64,000 nucleotides of DNA, from the NCBI RefSeq assembly GCF_052425735.1, contig NC_135762.1, positions 5,332,001-5,396,000 on the forward strand, read 5' to 3'. The notes under the pieces were generated by a model that saw nothing but the letters and a program-made list of their open reading frames with translations, did not search any database and was not told the DNA's origin. This DNA is from Oculina patagonica (taxonomy: Eukaryota). Shown here one piece after another: positions 12,901 through 24,600 of the stretch; positions within the stretch are counted from its first letter, which is position 1; every line of letters begins with the position of its first letter. The position numbers and the translations under genes are program-made.

Positions 12901-15591
12901 CAGGTTGCTTTTGTGCATGGAATTTGAATGTAAAAGTAATCCTTTACTGTCAAAAACATGGTGTGTTCGACTTTAAAAGCAAAAATATTTTTCCTTTTCA
13001 TAGAAAAGGGTATATTTAGTTGTTTTGTCTTGAGTCTAAATCACGATTTTTTCAATTTGCCGATTGATAGATTCTCAAAACTCAGTTCCATAGTCCCTTT
13101 TACAATGGTGCATTAGATAACCGTTAAGACAAATTATGTGTCTGCAGGGCCGTAACTAGCAAGAGGCAAACGAGGCACTTGTCTCGTCTAGATTTTAACC
13201 CAAAATTAAAAAAAAAATTCGTTTAGTTGGGGAAATAACTCCCAATTGAACAACATTGATTTTTTTTTTTCAAGAAAAAACTTGAAAAATGTAACATAAC
13301 GCGTTTTAGAGCTTCTAGACTTAATTTTTTTTTTTTTTTTTTTTTTTTTTTGGGGGGGGGGGGGTACAGTTGTATGCGACAGACCAGCCTGCGTTGCAGA
13401 CGAACGCATGAAATGTGGGAAAACGCGTAGAGGAGGAGAGCAAGTGCCGCGAATTTTTTAAACCAATCGCAAAGCGTAGTAATGCAAAACCAAAGCAAAC
13501 GCGAATTACTTTCGACACTCAAGTGAAAATCGCTCTATCGAGTTTTATAAAATATCTCAAATACTACGCGCGCTCGGCTGGTCAAAAACCTGTGTACACT
13601 ACGCCCTGACAACATGTATGCGTAAATTTAGTTCAATGTTTTATTTTGGTCTATCAGATAAAAGATATAATAAATAATAATAAATTACTTTTTTATGGAG
13701 GCGTGTATTCCTGATCGAATTGAATTTGGAAGTGTTGACTTTTGTCGAGGGAGGAACACCGGAGCACCCGGAGAAAAAACCCTCGGAGCAAGAACGAGAA
13801 CCAACAACAAACTCAACCCACATATGACGCCGGGTTCGGGAATCAAACCAGGGCCATAAAAGGCGTATTGGTGATATTAACGTGACACCAGAAATTTTGA
13901 GACGATAAAGCTAAACGGCTATGCACAACGAATACACGTCTGTTTTGAGTCGCTTACGTTAGCAAAACCTATAAAGTGGAACAAAAATAATATCAGAAAT
14001 TCGCCTTGTTTTTCAATAACAAACAGTAATACTGTAAGTAGAAAACTAAATCTTTGGTGCCCATATACCTAAGCAGAGAAGTGATACGTTTTAGCGGATT
14101 GTTTTTGGTAAGTGTGGTATTCTAAAGGCGCTGACGTAATATTTTATATGTTGATAACAAGTTTTAAAGTATTGTTCACTAAAAAAAAAAATAACTTTTT
14201 GTGCTGTCCGTTGGCGGTTTCAAAGTGTCCGTTGTCCGTCTTAGAGAGGTGTCCGTCTTACAGAGAGTTTTCTTACAGTAAAATGACTGAAAAACGGCAG
14301 GGACCATGACCAGGTGTCCGTCTTATGGAGGTGTCCGTTAAGAGAGAGTTGACTCTATGTAGAAATTGCAACATAGCTATACAATTAACAACTACTGTTG
14401 AAATCTTCACCAACAGCTATATTTTGTTAACTGGGCCAACTTGTTCGAAACTTGTTCAAAGGGTGGATATTGCCCCACCTAATTATATATAAACTGCCTG
14501 TTCTGCAGTTAGGATAATGTTATCCACTGGATAATTAAATCACTATGACAGTTTTCACACAGCTGGATTTTTTCCCCAAAAGCATGTGCTCTCATTGCCT
14601 ACCTTGAGGTCACGTGACATCTAACAATAAAACTGTTTCCTGCCAAAGGTCTCTTAGTGTGCAACATTGCAAAATCTATGACATCAGATGGTAACAGTGC
14701 ACTGTTGCCCGCAAATGTTGACCACCGACTGCGGTTTTTCTAATAAATGTTGTGCTTTTTAACAAATCCCTTAAATGACTGCATGGTCCCTTGGGATATC
14801 AGATCATTTTGTTTCCCCGGAACCTCCATGTTTCCTTCGGCTCGATTTGCCTCGTGAAACATTGAGATTCTTCGGAAACAAAATTAACTGTTTCCCTCAG
14901 GACCTGCAGTCATTAAGTGTATTAAATGTTGATAAAACAACAATACACTTAACCTATCCACTGGAGTCACTGGATAGTGATTTATCAGTGGCCCTAGTTG
15001 TTCAAAGGGTGGATAGCATTATCCACCAGATAAGTCACTATCCACTTGAATTTTTTTTTATAGTTTAATGTCTTGTCAACACTGATCCACTGGATACTGA
15101 TTTATCTGGGCCCAGTTAAGTTGCTCAATAACGCTATCCACTGGATAAATTGCTGTCCAGTGGATAACTGTCAAACAAAACCCACCTCGTTATCCACTGC
15201 ATCAGTGATTTATCTGGTGGATAGCATATTGAGAAACTGGGGCCAGATGGATAGTGTCATATATTCATCTATTCACCTTTTGAATAACTCACTGGGGCTA
15301 GGAGTATAAATACTTAGTATAATATACCACACAGGTGAGTAGTTCTTTTCCCACGCTCGGATTGGCTAGCTAACTCGGAGGTGATATTACCAAAGCACTA
15401 TTCACCTCCAAGCAGCTGAAGAGAAACAAAATAGAACCAATGCAATTATTTGTCAACATAAATCAGTGTGTAAAGTTTAATTAAGGCTATACTTTCATTT
15501 AATGGGAAGTTACAGGGGCATTTATATTGCCAAAAACATGAAAACGAGGCTAGGAAGGCCAGGGTGACTTTTTCCATACAAATCTCTTAAA
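6955..15591. repeat. Near-identical ~4.2-kb tandem duplication (6955-11140 and 11140-15591)
   Basis: The junction ...CAAATCTCTTAAA|GTTTGCAGAATGG at about 11140 restarts the sequence found at 6955. The ORF track is duplicated (e.g. 8889/13415 and 10587/15073). Confidence 0.95.
11733..12064. mobile_element. Tc1/mariner-pogo-type MITE, TA TSD, present only in copy 2 of the duplication
   Basis: TIR CCGTAAAATTCCGGTTATAAGCCC, TA on both flanks. The empty site TTACA-TA-TGTTC is in copy 1 near 7545. Confidence 0.92.
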
Positions 15592-17319
15592 TTTGAATGA
15601 GTCATAACTTTAATTTGCAGGCATTTAACCCAAAACACTGAAACCTCTCAAAATAGCATAATATATTTAAGTGCCACCATCAGCGTTTTCAGAAACTTGA
15701 CCAAACAACAGAAATGAATGACAACCATTTTTGCATAAGGTCTATGGCCATGCTTTTTGCTTCTGCTATAGGTTTATTCACCTCAGTGTCGGTGAAAGTG
15801 GTGGATTTCCACCACTATTCACTGCCACTTTGGTGAATAATTGTTGATTATTAAGCAATAATATAGAAATGATACATAAAATTATAATTGATGCTTTATT
15901 TGCATGTCCACCAAAACCCAACACCTACAAAAAGCTAGTAACAACTCTATTACAAAACAAGCTACAAATACTGATATATACCGGTAATTATTTTACGATT
16001 ACCAATTTTCTATTGAAACTAGTTACAAATACAATTTTTATAATTAACTTTAATTCCTATGGAATACAAAAAGCACAAATTTTAAATGTTACCTCTGTGC
16101 CAAACAGCACTAAAATGTACTGTAGTAAGTTACTTAATTACCATGTCTTTACTGTCTAAATACTTGCCAATTTTTTTCTTTATAAAATTGACTTGTAGGC
16201 AAATAAATACAGTAATCATGCAATTATTGTTGTTTAGACCAAGCAAAAAGGTTTGGGTCACAGTGGCAGATCCAGACCTTGAAATAAGGAGGGGCCCCTA
16301 TTTGCGTGTGTACACCCAAAACTGTTTTAGCTGCATGGGCAAACCATTAAAAAATGTATTTTACCAAAAATATGGAGGGGGCCTGGACCCCCCTAGCCCC
16401 CTTCCCTAGATCCATTCCATTACTAGGTCATAACAAAGTTTATTGGCAGGGTCATACATAGTGGGGGGTTAGGGGGGGGGGGCAGGGGGGCAGTTGCTCC
16501 CGCCAGGAAAACTAAAAAAAAATGGGAAAACTGCGGAGTTTGCCCCCTGCAGACACAAAATCCTAGGTACGGCCCTGATTGGTTGGAGGGATGCTGGTTC
16601 TTGGGCAAGGCACTCTCGCATTTTAATTGCCTCTTTTCGTTCAGGCCCCAGTATGTTGTTCAAAGAGTAAATAATGCTATCCACCAGATAAATCACTATT
16701 CAGTGGATAGCGAAGATTTTGTATGACAGTTATCTTCCACTGCATAGCGATTTATTCGGTGGATAGCGTTATCCACCCTTTGAACAACCTGCTAGCTCTG
16801 AAAGATGGAAAGTGCCCTAATTGCGGGCCCAAGAGAGGCCCGCAACCCTAATCTAGCGGCAATTAAGCGTGACGCGTTACTTGGAATAATTGCCTTTTGT
16901 CCAGTGATTTATCATTAATAAAAGGCGAGCACAACATAGCAAGTTTACCGACTGAGAAAAATAACATCTCAATTCACACCGTGTGCTCGATTACACTTCC
17001 AAAACGATAAAAACATGCATTCCTTGCGTGACGCGTTACTCTGAATAATTGTCTTTTGTCCATTTTATCATTTATTTATCGACACTGCCATCTAAAATTA
17101 CACACTCTTGTACCAGTACCTTTTCTAAGTGCGTCAGCTTAAGGCCCGCACTTTCTAACCTGTGGTTACCACTAGTTTTTAAAATCCTTTTTTTAAAAAA
17201 AGCGTCAAAAACATCGGTGAAACATGTGGTGAATCATGTTAATGTTCCAGATTTACTTTTAAATTGATTGGGGAAGCCCCCCCCCCCTTCCGGGGGGAGC
17301 AAATTATTCTACAAACCCT

Positions 17320-17991
17320 TTATTTGTCGTTATCTTCTGCCTCCCTCAATGTAGTTACGGTCGCAATAGCTCCATACATGTATGTCGGTAAAACACTTTT
17401 GTTGTTTACAGTTATTTCCCATGTTGGGTACCACTGAAATGCCGGTCTTTTTATGACTCCCAACGTTGTACCACCCTTATCTTTGACGGTGATCGTTTTG
17501 TCGAACTCCAAACGAAAACGATCCGTGCTTGCAATTTCCTCGCCATCCGAATTCTCGATCACGTAAGCTTCTTTGAATAGACCTGACCCGCCCCAGCTAT
17601 ATTCCATCCTGTATCTTGTAGAATTGGCTTTCCACTGTTCTTCAATGTCGTACTTGTCCGTCCAGCTCCAAATTTTCTTCTTAACCACGACCGCTATCTC
17701 CTCGTTCTTGTTCAACATGTAAACGGTCCAGGTGCAAGAGACGCACTTCCTTGCGTGACCAATTTCATCTCCGTCGGGCGACAAATACAGCATGTCTTTG
17801 TAAATGTCAATACCTTTAGGTCTTCTAGCGCGATAATTAGTTGGTAGCTCCCATTTCTCCGTTGCGTATGGCAGATTCTTCTCAGCTTGGTATTTCTTGA
17901 CGTTCAAACCGATAGCAAGGCCAATAATCAAAAGGATTACTGCCACAACAACACCAATAAGAACTCGTGTTTTGCTGCATTCGAAGCCCAT
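17320..17991 (-). CDS. Single-exon protein with N-terminal TM anchor and LURP-one/Tubby C-terminal (scramblase-like) domain, 223 aa
   Basis: Clean ORF. Hydrophobic VLIGVVVAVILLIIGLAIGL, repeated beta-hairpin motifs (VKKKIWSWTDKYDI, YVIENSDGEEIA, IKRPAFQWYPTWEITV) and a C-terminal hydrophobic helix typical of the Tubby-C/LURP fold. Confidence 0.65.
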   Translation of the reverse strand: MGFECSKTRVLIGVVVAVILLIIGLAIGLNVKKYQAEKNLPYATEKWELPTNYRARRPKGIDIYKDMLYLSPDGDEIGHARKCVSCTWTVYMLNKNEEIAVVVKKKIWSWTDKYDIEEQWKANSTRYRMEYSWGGSGLFKEAYVIENSDGEEIASTDRFRLEFDKTITVKDKGGTTLGVIKRPAFQWYPTWEITVNNKSVLPTYMYGAIATVTTLREAEDNDK

Positions 17992-18452
17992 AGTTTCACT
18001 TGCCAGTAAATATACTAATTGCTACTTTCTTTACCTTCTTGCAATTCTTATACAACCATGTTGTTTTGAACGGAAACACGACAATAACTACTCCCAATTT
18101 ACGTTTACGCAATATATTTGCGTCGAACATGCGTGTAAATATTGGACCATAAAAGGCAGTATCAAGCATGGTTGCGTGACTGACATGCATAAAATCAGGT
18201 AGCCACGTTCTTTGGGCGCGCGCTCGGGCTTTAGAGGCCGGGATCCGAACTCTATTTCAAAAGTTGGAAATGACAATAAATTGTGCCAAATTGCCAATAT
18301 GTTAGTTTCTGGCATGGTCCTTTTTCAGTGTTAAATTTTGAAAATCGGAGTGATTAAATCAAGCCTAAACGAGATGACGCGCGCGTCGCGCTCGTGCTTA
18401 GTTGGCACGCGCGTCTGACACGCAAATACCGCGTGCTGAAAACCATGAACCT

Positions 18453-21242
18453 CAGCCTCGTCCCCAGTCGTCCTCGGCGAATTTGGATGTGACGTCACCC
18501 GCCAAGCTTGTCAGGGAAGTTCGCCTAGGACGCCTGGCAATAAACGGCAAATCCAATATGGCGGAGCCTGTCCAACGATTGAACTTCAGTCAACTTCTTG
18601 AAGAACTTAAAAACGCGTCAGATTTAGGCTGGGATTCCTTCATCCATGTCTGCCAGCAAACTCGTGAAGTAATTGGAGATTTTTTATTTAAGGTAGAAAA
18701 ATTAAATGTCGATTTTTATGCGCAGCAAATTTTACCATTTAAAGAGCTTAAAGAATATGTTCCACTAACTGTACATGTAACTGGCGATGGAAGCTGTCTC
18801 TATCGATCGATTTCTCTGTTGGTGTCTTGGTGAACGGAGATAGAATAGTGGTCGTTCGTGGAAAGTTGTATGATGAGTATTTTCGCTTCTCGCTAACACA
18901 ACAACAACAGCGGTGAAAAGATAAAAGGCTCAAAGCTGATATCCATCAGTACTTTCAACTGTGCTTTCGTGTGTGCTTTGTTTGTTCCTTTGCCTTCGCC
19001 TTTTTCGAATATTTTTCGCAGTTTTATCCAAGGTAAGTGAAGTTGTAACTATTTATTCGAAGTATCAGTAGCGAAATATATGACTAAAGCTACTTATCAG
19101 AAAATTAGAAAGCTGTGTAGTGGTTTGTTTTCTGGGAAACAAACGCTGCAATTCGCCTACTGTTGGTGACGATACCGAGTTGTAATGTGTCAACTCAGCT
19201 GCTTAACAGATTCAACTTCTCTCTTGTGAACTTCAGACTTGTGAGACTCTATAACATACCAAATTCCCTTCGGCCACTAAGCATTGACAAGATTATGATT
19301 GTAAGGAAACAAAAAACTGTTCCGAATGGACTGGTATCAAAATGTTTAGAATGGCTTCATTTCAGTTTAAAAGTCGTTTGTTACTGTTAGTTAATGTTAT
19401 ATTTATATTGTTACTATTGTTACTATACAAACATTATCCAGAGTATCTTCTAGATATACAATGTACTCTATTTGGATTCATTAAAGACCTTTAGCCACTT
19501 AGCTTGGCACAATCAATCAAAAGGCTTTATTCTTCTCTTATGCTTTAGAAAGATGGGTTGGTACAAGCAGATCAGGTTTCATCAGCTGGCAATGTCATAC
19601 ATTTTCTATGGGCAGACCTCAAATATCAAGAGAATATGAAAACATAATATAACACTTTCCACTGCCTCCAGCTTTCCCTGCCTCCTCCCCAAATCACCCC
19701 ACCCTACCAAATGCACTCCCCTAAATTCCAATAACTACTAGTTTTAGTATATATTGCAAGAGTTGAATACATGTAAATACTTTTGTATACTGTACTGTGT
19801 TTATGTGTGTGTGTGTGTGTGTCAGTCAAGCTCAGTTTAATATCTCTGCAAGTAGGAGTTAAAAAGGTGGTAGTTTAAGGAATGGGAAAAATAGCCAGTG
19901 TACCCATGTGAGGAAAAATACAAATATTTTTGGGCTGTCAAAAATGCAGAATGGGGCTCACAAATTAAAAAGAAACTGGTCCAAAAGCCCCAGTAACCAG
20001 CTTTTCTGGAGCGGTTCAAACAATATTTAAACATTATATATTTTGATATTTTAATTTATTTGCAAATAAACATATAAACACAGTATATATATATATTGTG
20101 TTTATGTGTTTCTTTGCAAGTAAATGTCAGAGAGAATAGCAGAAGAATCATACTTTGTTAAACGAGCTATGTCTACAATGATGCAGTATGTACCTTGTCT
20201 AAAGGGGAAAGCAGTGCACTTCTGTTTCTTTTTGAACATCTCAGCAGGTAAATTTGTCAAAACTACACGAAAATTGGCAGCAAAATATATAAACTTCAGC
20301 TGAAATGCTAACTCTGCAACTGAGGGAAATTGAAATAAATTTCCACACCTTTGGCTATTTAGTGGTGCTACACAATGGAAATGTTATCAATTCACACTTG
20401 GAATCTGCAATAAGTCATGACCAGCTGTAATTTTTATTTAATAAGCTCATTGAATTGACGAAAATGATTGAAGCATACTTGTTATATATAACCTGAACAT
20501 GGCCCAGGATTTGGATTAACATCTCCTGCTAATGAAATGAGCCAGAGTATACAAGAAAAAGACAGGCTACATCAAGATCAAAATAAAGTTTTGGTTTACG
20601 AGAGTTAGATTATTTTTTTTCTTTCTCTAAAAAGCTAAATAAAAAATTACAGGTAATCAATGACAAGCTTTAATACATGCATCGGGGGATTAGCCCTCTT
20701 CTCTCAAGTAAGCTGAATTGTTTCTTTGTTTTCGCACATAAATTTGTAAACAACAAAGGTCGAAAATCCCGACCCTAGCTCTATAAACATTGAGATCGAC
20801 GCCTTTCAGGTTTAAATAAAACTAACACAGTTACTAGTACCTGGCGAACGTAATTTGCTTACCACAAAGAACTTCTAGATACATGTAGACCCATGTATCA
20901 CTACGAGTAGTGAACGAAAACAATGATAACAGAATAATTTTCTTAACTCTATTAAATACGACCAATACCATTTTGCAAGGCAGGAAAAAAACGGCATTAC
21001 AGTTCGTCTCCACCATCTAAAATAGTCCACAAATGTTCAAAAGGGATGCAGTTTCCTCATGAACCAGAAATATTTTCTTTTCCTCGCAGAAAAACGTATA
21101 TTTTCGTCGAGCTATATCTGGGACTTTTTCTCGCTAAACTGGGACTTTTTTGCCATTTTGTGCCAGGCCTCGCGCTATCGCGCTCGGTTCCAGTCCTCCT
21201 CCGCTCACTCGCATAGCGCGGTATGGCCTGGGGACGAGGCTG
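18453..21242. mobile_element. 2.8-kb TIR element with 9-bp TSD CATGAACCT (AcademH-like or Mutator-like, non-autonomous)
   Basis: TIR CAGCCTCGTCCCCAG / CTGGGGACGAGGCTG. TSD at 18444-18452 and 21243-21251. Confidence 0.88.
18558..18833 (+). pseudogene. Truncated OTU-like/vertnin-like ORF inside the 2.8-kb element
   Basis: MAEPVQRL...YVPLTVHVTGDGSCLYRSISLLV contains the OTU-type GDGxCLxR catalytic-Cys motif, and the frame stops shortly after it. Confidence 0.55.
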
Positions 21243-21692
21243 CATGAACCTGAGTACCTGACCATGAACCATGAAGTGCTCTCTTGCTTAGCCTGCGAGT
21301 GCAGACGTATTTCCGGCTGTCGTTTCTCTTCGCCGGAAATACTTCTATGTTCGCAGGCTACTCCATGCTGTAAGATTTTCTTTTTCAGAGAACTTTTTGA
21401 CGGCTGAGCTGAGCCCAAATTCAGCAAGAAAAATAATACTTATTGCGCCAAACTAAGAACACACAGAGAGGATACTCACACACACATTTTCAGCTATCAG
21501 CATTGCACTTTGTCAAAGTTTCCCTAATCCCTAACCTAGCACGCACCAACTCCCCCCCCCCCCCTCCCACCCCCGGTCTCACCCCGGCCCCGGACCTCCA
21601 AGGTTAACCCTCTGTGCCGTTACCACGGTAACCAGTAATGTCATGTGACCTAGTTCCCAGTTGAGCGCCAAACTCAAAAGTAAAGAAACAAA

Positions 21693-24600
21693 ATGGCGAT
21701 TACAAAGTTCAGTGTCCTTTCATTTATTCTGTTGTTTAGTGGCGTTGCCCTCGCTTTAACGAAGATCAAAGACGGTAAAGGAGATGATTTTGAGAGTATT
21801 TCCAAAGACAGACTACAAGCTGGGAAATCCAAATTGGAGGAGTTCACTGCGAACGCCAAAAGCAGTGACTGTTGGAAGAAAGCCGTTGAAGGAATCGAAA
21901 AACGCTGCAAGAGTCTTGGGGATATAGAACAGAGCTATCTCGCGATCGATTTCACAAACTGTCATATGTCAAAGTCAGGAAGGAAAATATATTCGTGTTC
22001 AAGGGAAACGCAGTCTATTGAGCAATGTACGGGATCGATGGACGACACAACTTATCTCGCTTACACGACATTTTTTACTCATACAGCAAACATCTGTTTC
22101 TACGTGAAAAGCGAATTGTGGCAACAAAAAACGGAAGATACAATCTCTAATCTTGCAAGAACTTCACAAGATGTTGCATCTCAATTGGAGGAATCTGCAC
22201 AGAGACAAATCTTGGTGCTAGAGAAGCAAAATGTTTCGCTGGAAAACCAGAAAGAAATCATTTCCAACGAAATCCATTTAACTGAGACGCTTAGAAACTC
22301 GACATCAGTTGCTAAAAAGGCTTTTGAGGACATGAAACAAAATGCCTTAGAGCAAAAGGCTTTGTTTTCTGAAACATTTGATGGTGTCTTTAAAAGTGTG
22401 GAGAAGGTCAGAAAACTGCAATCGATGATTCTTGGGGAGTTCATAAGTCTGCAGTCTGTAGCATTCTATATAGCTGCAGTATGCACTTGTTATTTCCTTA
22501 CCAGTACCCCGCGTACAGCAGCAGCTAGACTTCCACTTTTCATTGGACTGTTTCTTCTCATCTTCTTTGAACGGCTTGTGACATCTTGGGGAGTGACAGA
22601 TGCCCAGTCAACTGACACGGTAAACTTTCATCTACTGTTACATTTTGCTTTTGCTACTTTTACTGATCTGTTGTGTCAAGCAGTGGTGTTACTTTATATT
22701 AAGAAGTTTCGTCACTGTTTTACCATACCTACAAAAATCTGGAGACGTCTAGAAATCTTTGCATTGTAAGGATATCATTTAAGACAATGTATGAATACTC
22801 TCCAAAAATCAGACCGGGAGATTTGATGAAAACCTTGGAGACTCCCGGGGAAACCTGAAGAGTTGACAAGCATTTCCACACATGTAGATCGCCTATGATC
22901 TGGTCAAGTACCATCCACTTTTTGCTTCTTGGCTGTGTGAAAAATTGGGGTTACAGTACCGCTCAGAAATAAGCGTCCATCGTATACGCACCTTATACGC
23001 AGACGCATATACGCACATGTGCAGACGCGCGTATGCAATGAAGCATAAGCACATAGGCAGTTCTTTGTTATTCATTGCTCTTGGTTCTCATTGTGTTGTG
23101 TTGTTGGAGAAAACAAATGAAATATTTTTGTGAGAAAATTATAAAACAGCGTTGGTCGATCGAGTAGTGCGAAATTTACAGATTTCAAATCTAACTTCCA
23201 TTAGCGCTTTCTATATTTTGAGAAGCAACTAAAACGTTCAAACTATCGACTGGCTTACTAAACTTAAGCGTTTGATCAAAACATTCACCTTGTGAAGTCA
23301 TTCTAAAGGATGAAAATCTTTGCCAAGTAAGCTTAAAATCATAAGTTATCATTTCGCGCCAAGATCGAGAAGGCATCTCGACTGGAACATGTGCTTTGAG
23401 CAAAAAATTGGATGAGAAATGATACACAGCTAGTCTAAGAATTAGTAGGACAATCTGTGGGACGCTTTCTATGTGGGTTAACATTAGACTACAGTGGCTC
23501 TCAATTAAAATTAGGCCCTTACATCACTGGCTCACAGTGGCAGAGCTTATTCCGGTTTCGATAGCATGAATCAAGTAGGAGTATTACTACATGTACTCCC
23601 CCTTGCATGGGATGCTAAGTCAATCACATGTTACCTCCTAGCCTTTTGTCAGACTACCTTAAGAGTTTGCCGACCACAATGATCCCAGTTGTCATTTGAA
23701 TATACACTGATTGATTTAGAGTGCAACATGCTAGCCATTAGACCATTGTAAGTTCCTCATAGTGCCTCTCTCAGGTGTATAAAATGGGTACTGGTGAATT
23801 TACTGCTGGGGGTAACCCTGCAATGGACTACATGTAGCATCCCATCCAGGGGGGAGTAGAAATACTCCTAGTTGCTTCATGCTACAGAAACTAGGATAAG
23901 CTCTGGCTTGATGGGCCTCTTGGTTTATATGCAGACTTTACCTTAACCTAAATTCTCATGTGCTATTTTGGACGAAACCTGTCAAGTCAAACTTACTTTG
24001 TGCACTTAATACCCACTTCATAGAAGTCAAGTGTCTAACAATTACCGATATTTATAAATTTCTTTCTTACAGGAGGCTATTCATGCCAGTCTCTGGTGGT
24101 GTAGGAAGCTTTATATCATTGTGGCCACCATAACACTTATGGTAGTGGGATACCAGTATCAAGACTACAATAAAATCAACTTTGATATGCTTCGTGACAT
24201 GCAGCTTCAGATTTTGGAAATGAAACGATGGCAGGATAAAATCAATAGTTTGAAGGCAATAACAAATGGAGAATCACCACACAAAGAGAAAAGGTAGTGA
24301 ATAATATTCCTCACTAATGATCTCTGTTTGTTTGGTTTGATCTTTGTTTTGTTTGTTAAGGGGGGTCCTTCTTAACTACCGGTACCAATTTGTTGCTTAG
24401 AAAGATTTCTGACCGTCAAATTTTGGAAACCGAACCTCCTATGAATGAGATTTTTGCACAATTTAGTTCTATTGAAGAGTCCTTCAAAAGTTTCAAAACG
24501 CGGCCATATTTGACAGGTCACATGACCAGAATAGAAAAAACCCCTAAAACTGAAGGGGCATTTAGATATAAGAATTAAAATTAGTCTCAACAGCTAAAGA

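Larger units (their letters stand above)
155..13090. repeat. Diverged ~1.9-kb non-coding tandem unit (at least 4 copies, starting near 155, 5670, 7604, 12122)
   Basis: The same blocks recur in the same order in each copy (TTTCGAATAATTATAGCAAAGAAAACCGGC..., CCAGTTTATCCCTGGAAGCCCCCCTTT..GGCGCGCCTTCG, CTCCGCTAATCCATCGGTATGC). No conserved ORF. Confidence 0.85.

Noticed and set aside
22620-22769. 3' end of the 358-aa ORF as coding (also 32264-32449 and 40990-41132)
   Set aside because: These are read-throughs into introns past clear GT donors. In-phase downstream exons continue the homologous proteins.
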